Origin: Mesobacillus harenae
GTDB taxonomy: Bacteria; Bacillota; Bacilli; Bacillales; Cytobacillaceae
Direction of reading: 5' to 3'
DNA length: 24,000 nucleotides
Assembly (NCBI RefSeq): GCF_013343715.1
Contig: NZ_JABUNR010000005.1
Span: forward strand, 147,859-171,858
The first letter of the stretch is position 1, and each line of letters opens with the position of its first letter. Positions 8,444 through 15,664 of the stretch are shown here, piece after piece. Both the position numbers and the translations under genes were made by a program. The notes beneath the pieces were generated by a model that saw nothing but the letters and a program-made list of their open reading frames with translations, did not search any database and was not told the origin of the DNA.

Positions 8444-9381
8444 AATGTTTGCCCCACTTTTTCTTTATTCGTCAATTCCAGGAATCTGTCTTCTAAAGTT
8501 GCTTTAACACTGCTAATTTCATATACATTTATCTCGTTCTCTACCAGCAGGCGATTCGCTTTTGCAATAGATTCCTTATCCATCTTTATCGTAATAAAAT
8601 TGCCCTTAATCGCTTTTATTTCATTTACAAACTTAGCCTCCTTGAAAAGCGCAAGTGCGTTTTCTGCATTGCTCGTTTCAAACGTGACCTCTCTCTCAGC
8701 CTGCTCCTGTTCACCGATCGATTCATTCATGGTAGATATATGAATGAGCTTCCCTTGCTCGATAATCGCAAACCGGTCACACATCAACTGCATTTCTGAA
8801 AGTAGATGAGAGGAAACCAAAACCGAAACACCCTGTTCTGTAAGCTGGCGAAGGTAATCACGGAATTCCCTGATCCCTTGTGGATCAAGGCCGTTTGTCG
8901 GTTCATCCAAAATGAGAATACTAGGGTTATGTAAAAGTGCCTGTGCCACACCGAGACGCTGGCGCATTCCAAGAGAGTAAGTTTTGACCTTCTGATTGAT
9001 GGCCTGTTCTAGTGCTACAAGCTCGGTTACCTGTTGAATTCTTTCAGCAGGAATCTTCTGAATGGCCATATTAGAATAATGAAGCAAGTTTTTATACCCG
9101 CTCATATATTTATAGAATTCAGGATTCTCCACTATCGCACCAATTTCACTCATTGCCTCTGTAAAAGATTCATCTAAATTATGTCCGTTAATGATAACTT
9201 CTCCGGCAGTCCGGTTAATTAACGAAACAACCATCCGAATAATCGTCGTTTTCCCTGCCCCATTTGGTCCAAGTAAACCAAAGATTTCCCCTTTTTCAAT
9301 CGTAAAACTGACACCGTCAACAATTGTTTTTTTACCAATCTTCTTTGTTAACGAATGCACCTCAAGTGCATAATTTGACAT
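8440..9381 (-). CDS. ABC transporter ATP-binding protein
   Basis: Walker A 'GPNGAGKTT', signature 'YSLGMRQRL', Walker B 'ILILDEPTNGLD' and H-loop 'SSHLL' are present. SD 'agaggggaa' lies upstream of ATG 9381. Confidence 0.9.
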   Translation of the reverse strand: MSNYALEVHSLTKKIGKKTIVDGVSFTIEKGEIFGLLGPNGAGKTTIIRMVVSLINRTAGEVIINGHNLDESFTEAMSEIGAIVENPEFYKYMSGYKNLLHYSNMAIQKIPAERIQQVTELVALEQAINQKVKTYSLGMRQRLGVAQALLHNPSILILDEPTNGLDPQGIREFRDYLRQLTEQGVSVLVSSHLLSEMQLMCDRFAIIEQGKLIHISTMNESIGEQEQAEREVTFETSNAENALALFKEAKFVNEIKAIKGNFITIKMDKESIAKANRLLVENEINVYEISSVKATLEDRFLELTNKEKVGQTL

Positions 9382-9513
9382 CTAATTCCCCTCTTTCTTT
9401 TTTATACTAGCTTGCTGTTCGCCCATATTAATACATACGAACAAAACACGGTAAAAGTTGCAAAAACTGATTAAAAAGTTACTTTTTACTCTTTCACATT
9501 CTATTCCAAACAG

Positions 9514-9540
9514 AAAAGCGCAGTTATTACCTGCGCTTTT
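9514..9540 (-). terminator. Terminator of the sulfite-oxidase-family gene
   Basis: Perfect stem 'aaaagcgcag' ttattac 'ctgcgctttt', with A/T runs built into both arms. Confidence 0.75.
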
Positions 9541-9547
9541 GTATTCT

Positions 9548-10594
9548 TTATTTTATTTTTATGTTAATTTCTGAAATCTGGTTGTACCCATACCCTTTTT
9601 TATTCCACATTGCCTTATCAGGCTGGACAAAGCCTGCAGAGTCGACTGCCCTTACTTTAATCTTATACTCACCTTCCTGTTCAGCCTTCCATTCGTGCCG
9701 CCAGGATGACCAGCTATATCGAGAGCCTTTGGTCAAGGTTGAATCAGTCCAATTTACTCCTGAATCCAAGCTGACCTGAACTTTCGTAATTTCGCCTGAA
9801 CCACTCCATGCAACTCCTTTAATTTCATGGGTTCCTTTTTCAAGAATCGCCAAATTTAGGGGCTTTTGAATCGTTGAATTCACCTTAACGGCTGTAACTG
9901 GAAATGGTTTCTGATCCTTCGGGTAATAGACATAATCATCCGTTTGGAAAGGCCCTTGAAATTTTGTATCAATTACTCTGATGGTTTTTAGCCATTTAAC
10001 AGATGCCATCCCGTACCAATTCGGAACAATAAGCCGCAGCGGGTACCCATGCTTGCCGGGAATTGGCATGCGGTTTAGTTCATAGGCAATGATTGTATCA
10101 GGATGCAAAGCTTTAGCCAATGGCAGGCTTCTCGCATAACGGATTGGCTGTGGGTATCCAGGGTGTTTCCCCTTATCATGGGCTTCAAATACGACTTCTT
10201 TTGCTCTTTCAGATAATCCAGTTTGCTCAAGTATCAATCTAAGAGGAACACCCCTCCATATTCCTTGGCTAATTGCACCGTCCTCCCACTGCTCACCAGC
10301 TACCTTCGGCTCAAACTTGGAGCGTTTGTTACCTGCACATTCCAAGACCGTTTCAATTGTTTGGGCTGGGAAGTTAAATAAATCCCGAATGGAAAAATGA
10401 TAGGGGCGCGTCACGCTTCCAAATACTGAAAGAAAAAAATTATCATCTGATAATAAGGGGTAACGAAAATGATTTCTTCGATAAAACAGTTTTTCCGGTG
10501 TAACGGTATTACTTAGAAATTGGATCGGCGTCTCCTGGTTTTCCGGTGACAAACTCCTTGTGATCAAGTGGGGGTTGCCCTGACGAATTTGCAA
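9548..10594 (-). CDS. Sulfite oxidase family molybdopterin oxidoreductase (catalytic plus dimerisation domains, no signal peptide)
   Basis: The motif 'VLECAGNKR' contains the Mo-ligand Cys. 'HGYPLRLIVPNWYGMASVKWL' and a C-terminal Ig-like domain are also present. The start is TTG at 10594, 7 nt after a strong SD 'gaggagg'. Confidence 0.8.
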   Translation of the reverse strand: MQIRQGNPHLITRSLSPENQETPIQFLSNTVTPEKLFYRRNHFRYPLLSDDNFFLSVFGSVTRPYHFSIRDLFNFPAQTIETVLECAGNKRSKFEPKVAGEQWEDGAISQGIWRGVPLRLILEQTGLSERAKEVVFEAHDKGKHPGYPQPIRYARSLPLAKALHPDTIIAYELNRMPIPGKHGYPLRLIVPNWYGMASVKWLKTIRVIDTKFQGPFQTDDYVYYPKDQKPFPVTAVKVNSTIQKPLNLAILEKGTHEIKGVAWSGSGEITKVQVSLDSGVNWTDSTLTKGSRYSWSSWRHEWKAEQEGEYKIKVRAVDSAGFVQPDKAMWNKKGYGYNQISEINIKIK

Positions 10595-10736
10595 GAAGTT
10601 TCCTCCTCAGTTTTTTTCACTCCTAAAAATTCCTTTTAAAGTATATGTTCTTGAACCTTGGCAATTGTCTAAACTTGATAGGAATATAATCAAACCTGTA
10701 AGATTATACCGGAAGGCTGTTGGGGGGGGAAGCATT

Positions 10737-11189
10737 ATGAGCTGGTTTTTAGCCATATGGGAATATGTATTTGTATTTATTTTAGCGGCTATCCCATGGA
10801 TAGAAATCGCAGCAGTGATTCCGTTAAGTATTATTAATGAGATGAACGCCTTCTCAGTCGGCTTGCTTGCCTTCATCGGCAATCTTTCTACAGTTTATTT
10901 GCTAGTGATTTTCTTTGAGAAATACCAAGAATGGCGCGTGCGGAAAAAAGGTAAACCGTCAAAAAAACAGGCTCGCGGCGAAAAAGTCTGGCGTAAGTAC
11001 GGGCTGCCAGGCCTTGCATTTCTGGGACCTCTTGTAATTGGGTCGCATATTGCTGCCATAGTAGGATTAGCACTCGGGGCAAAAAAACGGCCGACTCTCT
11101 TATGGATGACGATTAGCCTGGCGGTATGGACGCTGGTTTTCACCCTGACATCCGTTTATGCTATTGAATTATTAGGATTTCCAAGGTAG
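10737..11189 (+). CDS. Small multidrug export family membrane protein (Sm_multidrug_ex-like)
   Basis: 'WEYVFVFILAAIPWIEIAAVIPLSII...KYGLPGLAFLGPLVIGSHIAAIVGLALGA' resembles this family. I prefer ATG 10737, which has the G-rich SD 'gggggggaag', over the track's 10665. Confidence 0.65.
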   Translation: MSWFLAIWEYVFVFILAAIPWIEIAAVIPLSIINEMNAFSVGLLAFIGNLSTVYLLVIFFEKYQEWRVRKKGKPSKKQARGEKVWRKYGLPGLAFLGPLVIGSHIAAIVGLALGAKKRPTLLWMTISLAVWTLVFTLTSVYAIELLGFPR

Positions 11190-11202
11190 AAATAACAAAA
11201 AC

Positions 11203-11234
11203 GACCATTCCTAGCCAGGATGGTCATTTTTTTC
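11203..11234 (+). terminator. Rho-independent terminator
   Basis: 'gaccattcc tagcca ggatggtc' followed by 'attttttt'. Confidence 0.7.
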
Positions 11235-11331
11235 TTCAAAGAAGCAATATTTAAATCCGGAATTGATAAGTTGGTAAATAGACTTTTCCCTTACACCCTA
11301 TTGTTGTAGCTAAACTAATTTTCTCTACGGG

Positions 11332-11601
11332 TTATGTGTATATTCTCTTAACACCCTTACCAAACCAATGAATATAACCACAGTGTTCACATGTAAGTGT
11401 CTCAGCCGACCGGTTTGCAAAATCTAGGTTTAAGAAACTTAAAAAGGCTGTATTTAGCTGTGCTCGTCCGATTGAAAAGGTATCGCAGCCGCACAGCACA
11501 CATTGGACCTTTATCCCGTTTGCCTCAAATTTCCCCGGTCCCATTGATTTCTTCACATTCTTTGATAATAGCTGCAAAAAGGTTTTGCTTTTTTGGGCCA
11601 A
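11332..11601 (-). CDS. Small zinc-ribbon protein (two CxxC pairs), function unknown
   Basis: 89 aa with 'CVLCGC' and 'CEHCGY'. The start is TTG at 11601, preceded by a strong SD 'gaggagga'. Confidence 0.55.
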   Translation of the reverse strand: MAQKSKTFLQLLSKNVKKSMGPGKFEANGIKVQCVLCGCDTFSIGRAQLNTAFLSFLNLDFANRSAETLTCEHCGYIHWFGKGVKRIYT

Positions 11602-11669
11602 ACAGTCTCCTCCTCAGTAAAAAACTATATTTGGAATACGAATAGAATGTCATTAGGTTCCGCCCATAT

Positions 11670-11704
11670 GAAAAAGGCAATACCCGATTAATGGATACTG
11701 CCTT
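11670..11704 (-). terminator. Probable terminator of the 72-aa membrane protein gene
   Basis: Imperfect 12-bp hairpin (10 of 12 positions paired) 'aaggcaataccc'/'ggatactgcctt', followed by a short T-run on the minus strand. Confidence 0.45.
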
Positions 11705-11709
11705 CTATG

Positions 11710-11925
11710 CTATTTCTTATGTCGACGATCGGTGTAATCTTCATGATAATGCTTGTGCATAAACTCGCGGTTTTTTGCTGAAAAGAAAAACCCGACAGCG
11801 AGTGCAAAAAAACTAAATATGAAGCCGACTGTGAAGCCAAATTGATGGTAGCCCATCACAATACTTACAATTGTCACCAGCATCAGTGTAATTAAAATAT
11901 AGAAAAGAATGTTCTTAGTTCTCAT
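11710..11925 (-). CDS. Small two-TM membrane protein with a His-rich basic tail
   Basis: I prefer the internal ATG 11925 (MRTKNILFY...) because 'aggagg' lies 9 nt upstream. The track's start at 12003 has no SD. The C-terminal tail is 'HKHYHEDYTDRRHKK'. Confidence 0.5.
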   Translation of the reverse strand: MRTKNILFYILITLMLVTIVSIVMGYHQFGFTVGFIFSFFALAVGFFFSAKNREFMHKHYHEDYTDRRHKK

Positions 11926-12264
11926 TAATATAAACCTCCTGGAAAACCAGCGGATTATTTCATCCTGTTCATTTATTTTGCCTATAAGAAGCTTTTTTGT
12001 CAATACGCATTGTTTGGAAAATCTTATTTTTAGGCTTTTTTAACGATTATTGCTGGTTAAACAAGTCGTGCTGTACATTCACCGCAGAACAACGAGCAGC
12101 TTTTCTCGAAAAAACAATGTACGCAAGAAATATGAAAGCTGTTGGTTAGGTCAACTAACAACGAAATTCACACAGCCAAATAAAAGGAAAGTACTAAATT
12201 ACCGATCATTTAATAGAGTTAGTATAAGGACAACTGTTTCGCAAAACGGAAATCAAAAAGTTCG

Positions 12265-12287
12265 TAATACGTAATAATTACGTTTTA
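12265..12287. promoter_or_regulatory. Zur box (zinc uptake repressor operator)
   Basis: 'taatacgtaataattacgtttta' matches the B. subtilis Zur consensus TAAATCGTAATNATTACGATTTA, as I remember it, at 20 of the 23 aligned positions. The core 'acgtaataattacgt' (12269-12283) is a perfect 15-bp palindrome. The CG positions distinguish it from Fur (TGATAAT) and PerR (TTATAAT) boxes. Confidence 0.75.
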
Positions 12288-12312
12288 CAAACTCTCATAC
12301 TTACGCTATAAT
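12284..12312 (+). promoter_or_regulatory. Sigma-A type promoter of the permease operon, abutting the Zur box
   Basis: -35 'tttaca' at 12284-12289, a 17-nt spacer, and -10 'tataat' at 12307-12312. Confidence 0.65.
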
Positions 12313-12418
12313 TTTTTTGTTATAGGATAATGGATAAATGACTGAACCGTTTGCCACTTGCAATATATTTTACTGAATTCTAGTCAAATGGAATAAAGAA
12401 CGATACGGAGGAACGCAC

Positions 12419-13429
12419 ATGGTCCGCTGGATACGATCGAACATAATTGATTTTACAGGTTTACTGATAATTGGGCTTGCTGTTTACATAGTTTCTTTTG
12501 GTTCAATTTTTCAGGAAAACAGTTCGCTTCCGCTAAAAATACCTTCTTCTTTTCTTAATTTAAACACTATTTTTTTAAGCATTCTTATAGAAGCTCTCCC
12601 TTTTGTACTTATCGGAGTTGTCATTGCTGGAATTATTCAAATATTTGTTACTGAAGAACATATAGAAAGATGGATTCCGAAAAATAAATTTTTAGCCGTT
12701 ATCATGAGCTGTGTGGTGGGTGCGCTATTTCCAGCCTGTGAATGTGGTATTGTCCCGATTGTCCGCAGATTGATTGCTAAAGGAGTACCAATTTTTGCTG
12801 GAGTAGGCTTTCTCCTAACTGGGCCGCTCATTAATCCAATTGTTATTTTTTCAACTTATATGGCGTTTGGAAACGACTGGAAGATTGCCGGGTTAAGAAT
12901 GGTCCTGGGCTTTTTTATCGCCATTATGATCGCTTTACTTGTTGCAGTTCTCTTTAAAGGAAACCAGCTAAAAGCATCAGTTACGAATATTTCTATACAA
13001 GATTCCGCGAGCAAAAAACCATTTCTAGACAGATTCTGGGATATGCTTAAACATTCTATCGATGAATTTTTTGACATGGGTAAGTATTTAATCATTGGAG
13101 CTTTTTTTGCTGCGGCCGTTCAAGTCTATGTCTCTTCAGGAGCCCTTCTTCAAATCAGCAGCGGTTTGATTTCTTCAACAATTGTCATGATGGCACTTGC
13201 TTATATATTATCTCTTTGTTCAGAGGCTGACGCTTTTATCGGGGCATCCTTTAAAAACCTTTTTCCGACCACTGCCATTCTTGGGTTTTTAATTTACGGG
13301 CCGATGATTGATTTAAAAAATACGTTTATGATGCTCAGCGTGTTTCGCTTTAAATTTGTAATTTCGTTGATCTTATTAATAACGGTGACTGTGCTTACTA
13401 CCTTGGTGCTGTTAAATGGATTTATTTAA
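12419..13429 (+). CDS. Predicted permease, DUF318/ArsP_1 family (subunit 1 of a two-component membrane permease)
   Basis: 336 aa and polytopic. It has the characteristic 'FPACECGIVPIVRRL' and 'LSLCSEADAFI' motifs. SD 'acggagga' lies upstream. Confidence 0.8.
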   Translation: MVRWIRSNIIDFTGLLIIGLAVYIVSFGSIFQENSSLPLKIPSSFLNLNTIFLSILIEALPFVLIGVVIAGIIQIFVTEEHIERWIPKNKFLAVIMSCVVGALFPACECGIVPIVRRLIAKGVPIFAGVGFLLTGPLINPIVIFSTYMAFGNDWKIAGLRMVLGFFIAIMIALLVAVLFKGNQLKASVTNISIQDSASKKPFLDRFWDMLKHSIDEFFDMGKYLIIGAFFAAAVQVYVSSGALLQISSGLISSTIVMMALAYILSLCSEADAFIGASFKNLFPTTAILGFLIYGPMIDLKNTFMMLSVFRFKFVISLILLITVTVLTTLVLLNGFI

Positions 13430-13440
13430 GGAGGGCAACT

Positions 13441-14382
13441 ATGCAATTTCATATACAACAGGCTTTTAGAGCCGTTATATTACTCTCTTTCTCTGTTTTA
13501 ATTTATAAGCTTCATTTCACAGGCGAGATAACTAAATTCATAAACCCTAAATACGAGCTTCTCAGCCAGACTGCGGCCCTCATGTTTTTAATCTTGTTTT
13601 TTATTCAAATAACGAGAGTTTGGACACTAAAACAAGCTGATTCCCAGCATGACCATAGCGATTGTCACCATGATCATGGACATTGTGATCATCATCATGA
13701 CCACGGGACAAGCAAGTTTTCCGCAAGAAAATTTGTATCCTATCTGATTGTTGTTTTCCCTCTCTTTACTGGCTTCTTTTTGCCTGCCAGTGTGCTGGAT
13801 GCTTCGATGGCTGAAAAGAAAGGCGGGATGCTTTTACTATCAAACAGGGAGTCTGCTGGCAAAGAAAATAAGGATGAGGACATTCTTATCGAGCAAGAGG
13901 ATGATTTGGCTGGAGAATTTCCTATCGAAGATACAAACGAAGCAATTGAACCAGAAGTAATCTCAAATAGTGATTATGAAAATATGATGGCTGAACTTGA
14001 AAACGCCCCTGTGATCGAGATGAATGATACCGTTTTTTCCACATATTATGATGCAATCAGCATGGATATCGATAAGTATCAAGGGCGAAAGATTAAATTA
14101 AAAGGATTTGTCTACAAAGAGGAGGGTTTTGACCAAGATCAGCTGGTTATTTCCCGCTTCCTGATTACCCATTGTGTGGCAGATGCAAGTATTGGCGGAT
14201 TTCTTTCTCAATTTAAAGAAGCAGCCGATTTATCAGTAGATACCTGGATAGAAGCTGAAGGTACATTCAGCGTTACCACTTACAATGAACAGCAATTCCC
14301 TCTTATTAAGGTGGAAAACTGGAAAGAAATTGAGGAACCCTCCGAACCATATGTTTACCCTATCAGTGTAAAAATAGAATAA
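13441..14382 (+). CDS. TIGR03943/DUF1980 family protein (subunit 2 of the permease pair) with a His/Cys-rich loop
   Basis: It has two N-terminal TM segments flanking 'DSQHDHSDCHHDHGHCDHHHDHG', then an acidic linker, then a C-terminal domain with 'ISRFLITHCVADA'. SD 'aaggagg' lies 11 nt after the upstream stop. Confidence 0.75.
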   Translation: MQFHIQQAFRAVILLSFSVLIYKLHFTGEITKFINPKYELLSQTAALMFLILFFIQITRVWTLKQADSQHDHSDCHHDHGHCDHHHDHGTSKFSARKFVSYLIVVFPLFTGFFLPASVLDASMAEKKGGMLLLSNRESAGKENKDEDILIEQEDDLAGEFPIEDTNEAIEPEVISNSDYENMMAELENAPVIEMNDTVFSTYYDAISMDIDKYQGRKIKLKGFVYKEEGFDQDQLVISRFLITHCVADASIGGFLSQFKEAADLSVDTWIEAEGTFSVTTYNEQQFPLIKVENWKEIEEPSEPYVYPISVKIE

Positions 14383-14391
14383 AAAGTTTTT

Positions 14392-14435
14392 CTAAAAAAA
14401 AACAAAGCCCTTCTCTGTTTAATGAGAAGGGCTTT
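14392..14435. terminator. Bidirectional terminator serving the permease operon (+) and tRNA-Arg (-)
   Basis: Perfect 12-bp stem 'aaagcccttctc' tgtttaat 'gagaagggcttt'. A 10-nt A-run on the left gives a strong U-tract for minus-strand transcripts. Confidence 0.8.
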
Positions 14436-14461
14436 ATCTTAGCTTGAAGCAAGCTGATTAG

Positions 14462-14535
14462 TGTCCCAGGCGAGATTCGAACTCACGACCTACAGCTTAG
14501 GAGGCTGTCGCTCTATCCAGCTGAGCTACTGAGAC
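14462..14535 (-). tRNA. tRNA-Arg (anticodon CCT)
   Basis: I folded the reverse complement by hand: GTCTCAG TA GCTC AGCTGGATA GAGC G ACAGC CTCCTAA GCTGT AGGTC GTGAG TTCGAAT CTCGC CTGGGAC A. All four stems pair, with two G-U wobble pairs. The 3' CCA is not encoded, because the next bases are CTA. Confidence 0.9.
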
Positions 14536-14567
14536 ATATTTATAGTCTAAAAAACGACGACTAAATC

Positions 14568-14596
14568 ATTATAAAACGGAATGGCTAACTTTTCAA
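14568..14596 (-). promoter_or_regulatory. Sigma-A type promoter of tRNA-Arg
   Basis: On the minus strand, 'ttgaaa' (14596-14591), a 17-nt spacer, and 'tataat' (14573-14568). It lies about 30 nt upstream of the mature tRNA 5' end. Confidence 0.7.
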
Positions 14597-14669
14597 GCAT
14601 AAGCTTCAGGTTTTAATTAGAGAAGAAATCGATTATACTTATATTAGATGAAAACAGGAGGAATTAATT

Positions 14670-14873
14670 ATGACTGAATCAAAGAATATAGAGCAAAATG
14701 AAACACCTAAAAAGAAAATGAGCCTTCAGGAAGCAATTAACCAGAAGCTTGCTAACAAAAAGAACCAGGCTGCTGCCGATCAAGCCAGCTCCAATAACAC
14801 TCAGTCCATGAAAAAAATGAAAAGCCAGCAAACAAAGAAAGTCAGCAACCAGCGCAGGAAAATGGGTGTCTAA
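14670..14873 (+). CDS. Small hydrophilic K/Q/N-rich protein, function unknown
   Basis: 67-aa ORF with a perfect SD 'aggagg' 7 nt upstream. Its stop TAA is followed immediately by the ywbE GTG start. Confidence 0.55.
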   Translation: MTESKNIEQNETPKKKMSLQEAINQKLANKKNQAAADQASSNNTQSMKKMKSQQTKKVSNQRRKMGV

Positions 14874-15068
14874 GTGAACGGCCAAAACCGAAAAGACATC
14901 ACACCAGGTACAGAAGTCGATATTGTCTTGAAAGCTGACCAAAGAACCGGGAAATTGACGAGTGGGATCGTTAAAGATATTTTAACTAAATCCAGTTCTC
15001 ATCCTCATGGCATTAAAGTCAGACTAACTGATGGACAAGTCGGCAGAGTTAAATCAATTCGTTCTTAA
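14874..15068 (+). CDS. ywbE: YwbE family protein (DUF2196)
   Basis: 'MNGQNRKDITPGTEVDIVLKADQRTGKLTSGIVKDILTKSSSHPHGIKVRLTDGQVGRVKSI' closely resembles B. subtilis YwbE as I remember it. Confidence 0.8.
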   Translation: MNGQNRKDITPGTEVDIVLKADQRTGKLTSGIVKDILTKSSSHPHGIKVRLTDGQVGRVKSIRS

Positions 15069-15124
15069 TGTTGACAGTTCAGCAACCCGAGTCAGCAGGA
15101 AGACTTTCATTTTTCACTTTTCTT

Positions 15125-15157
15125 AAAAGCATTACAGATTCTGTAGTGCTTTTTTTA
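15125..15157 (+). terminator. Rho-independent terminator of the ywbE operon
   Basis: 'agcattacag att ctgtagtgct' followed by 'ttttttta'. Confidence 0.8.
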
Positions 15158-15197
15158 TTTTTCAGGCTGTGTTAAAGGTCATTGTTGATTTTTAAGT

Positions 15198-15420
15198 ATG
15201 TTGATTGAAGTGAAAGTCGCGAGATTCCTCGAAAATGAAAAACGCATTTTCTCGTGCGTGGGCCCTTTTCGGGGAAGTCTTTCAGTGTCCTGCGGGATCA
15301 GCGTGGCAGGCGAGACCCCTCAGGCGCATGCGCCGAGGAGGCTTGCCGCACGCCCCACGGAAAGCGAGCGGCTGCAACGCAAATCAACAGTCAAGTTTAA
15401 CAGAGCTATTTAAAAAAAAG
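15198..15420. repeat. GC-rich structured intergenic element
   Basis: About 60% GC in an AT-rich spacer. It contains the 12-bp perfect palindrome 'ggcgcatgcgcc' (15323-15334) nested in a longer imperfect hairpin (ggcaggcgag...cttgcc), and the hairpin 'gaaaatg aaaaacg cattttc'. The ORFs across it translate to low-complexity Arg/Pro/Ala-rich sequence. Confidence 0.6.
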
Positions 15421-15626
15421 GAAACCATGTATATGCAGGCAGCACAAATTTTTCAACGTTCGTGTATTAATTTTCGGCGAAACAGATTCCATTTGTCGAC
15501 AGGGGTTATAATTAAAAACCCCCGTTTACATTCTACCCGAACAAAAAGAAGTTTTTATCCAAACGCGCCGCCTAGCGTTCATGCTGGAGCACAAAAACAA
15601 CAACTAGTGAAGGATAACGTAAATCG

Positions 15627-15650
15627 GGCTGTCGAGAATTCTCGGCAGCC
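15627..15650. terminator. Hairpin downstream of the thioesterase gene (possible terminator)
   Basis: 'ggctgtcgag aatt ctcggcagcc' forms a 10-bp stem with one G-U pair. The T-rich flank is on the plus-strand side, so the orientation is ambiguous. Confidence 0.4.
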
Positions 15651-15664
15651 TGTTTCCTCTTCGT

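Noticed and set aside
10607-11143. Minus-strand ORFs (91, 64 and 82 aa) overlapping the small multidrug-export-family gene
   Set aside because: They are antisense to a gene with a recognisable family signature and a good SD, and they have no SD of their own.
12050-12274. 74-aa basic ORF upstream of the permease operon
   Set aside because: It has no SD and an unusual, very basic composition. It also runs into the Zur box and promoter, so it is most likely non-coding leader or spacer DNA.
14392-14660. Genomic island integrated at tRNA-Arg
   Set aside because: I saw no integrase, no duplicated tRNA 3' end and no compositional shift on either side. The flanking genes look like ordinary core genes.
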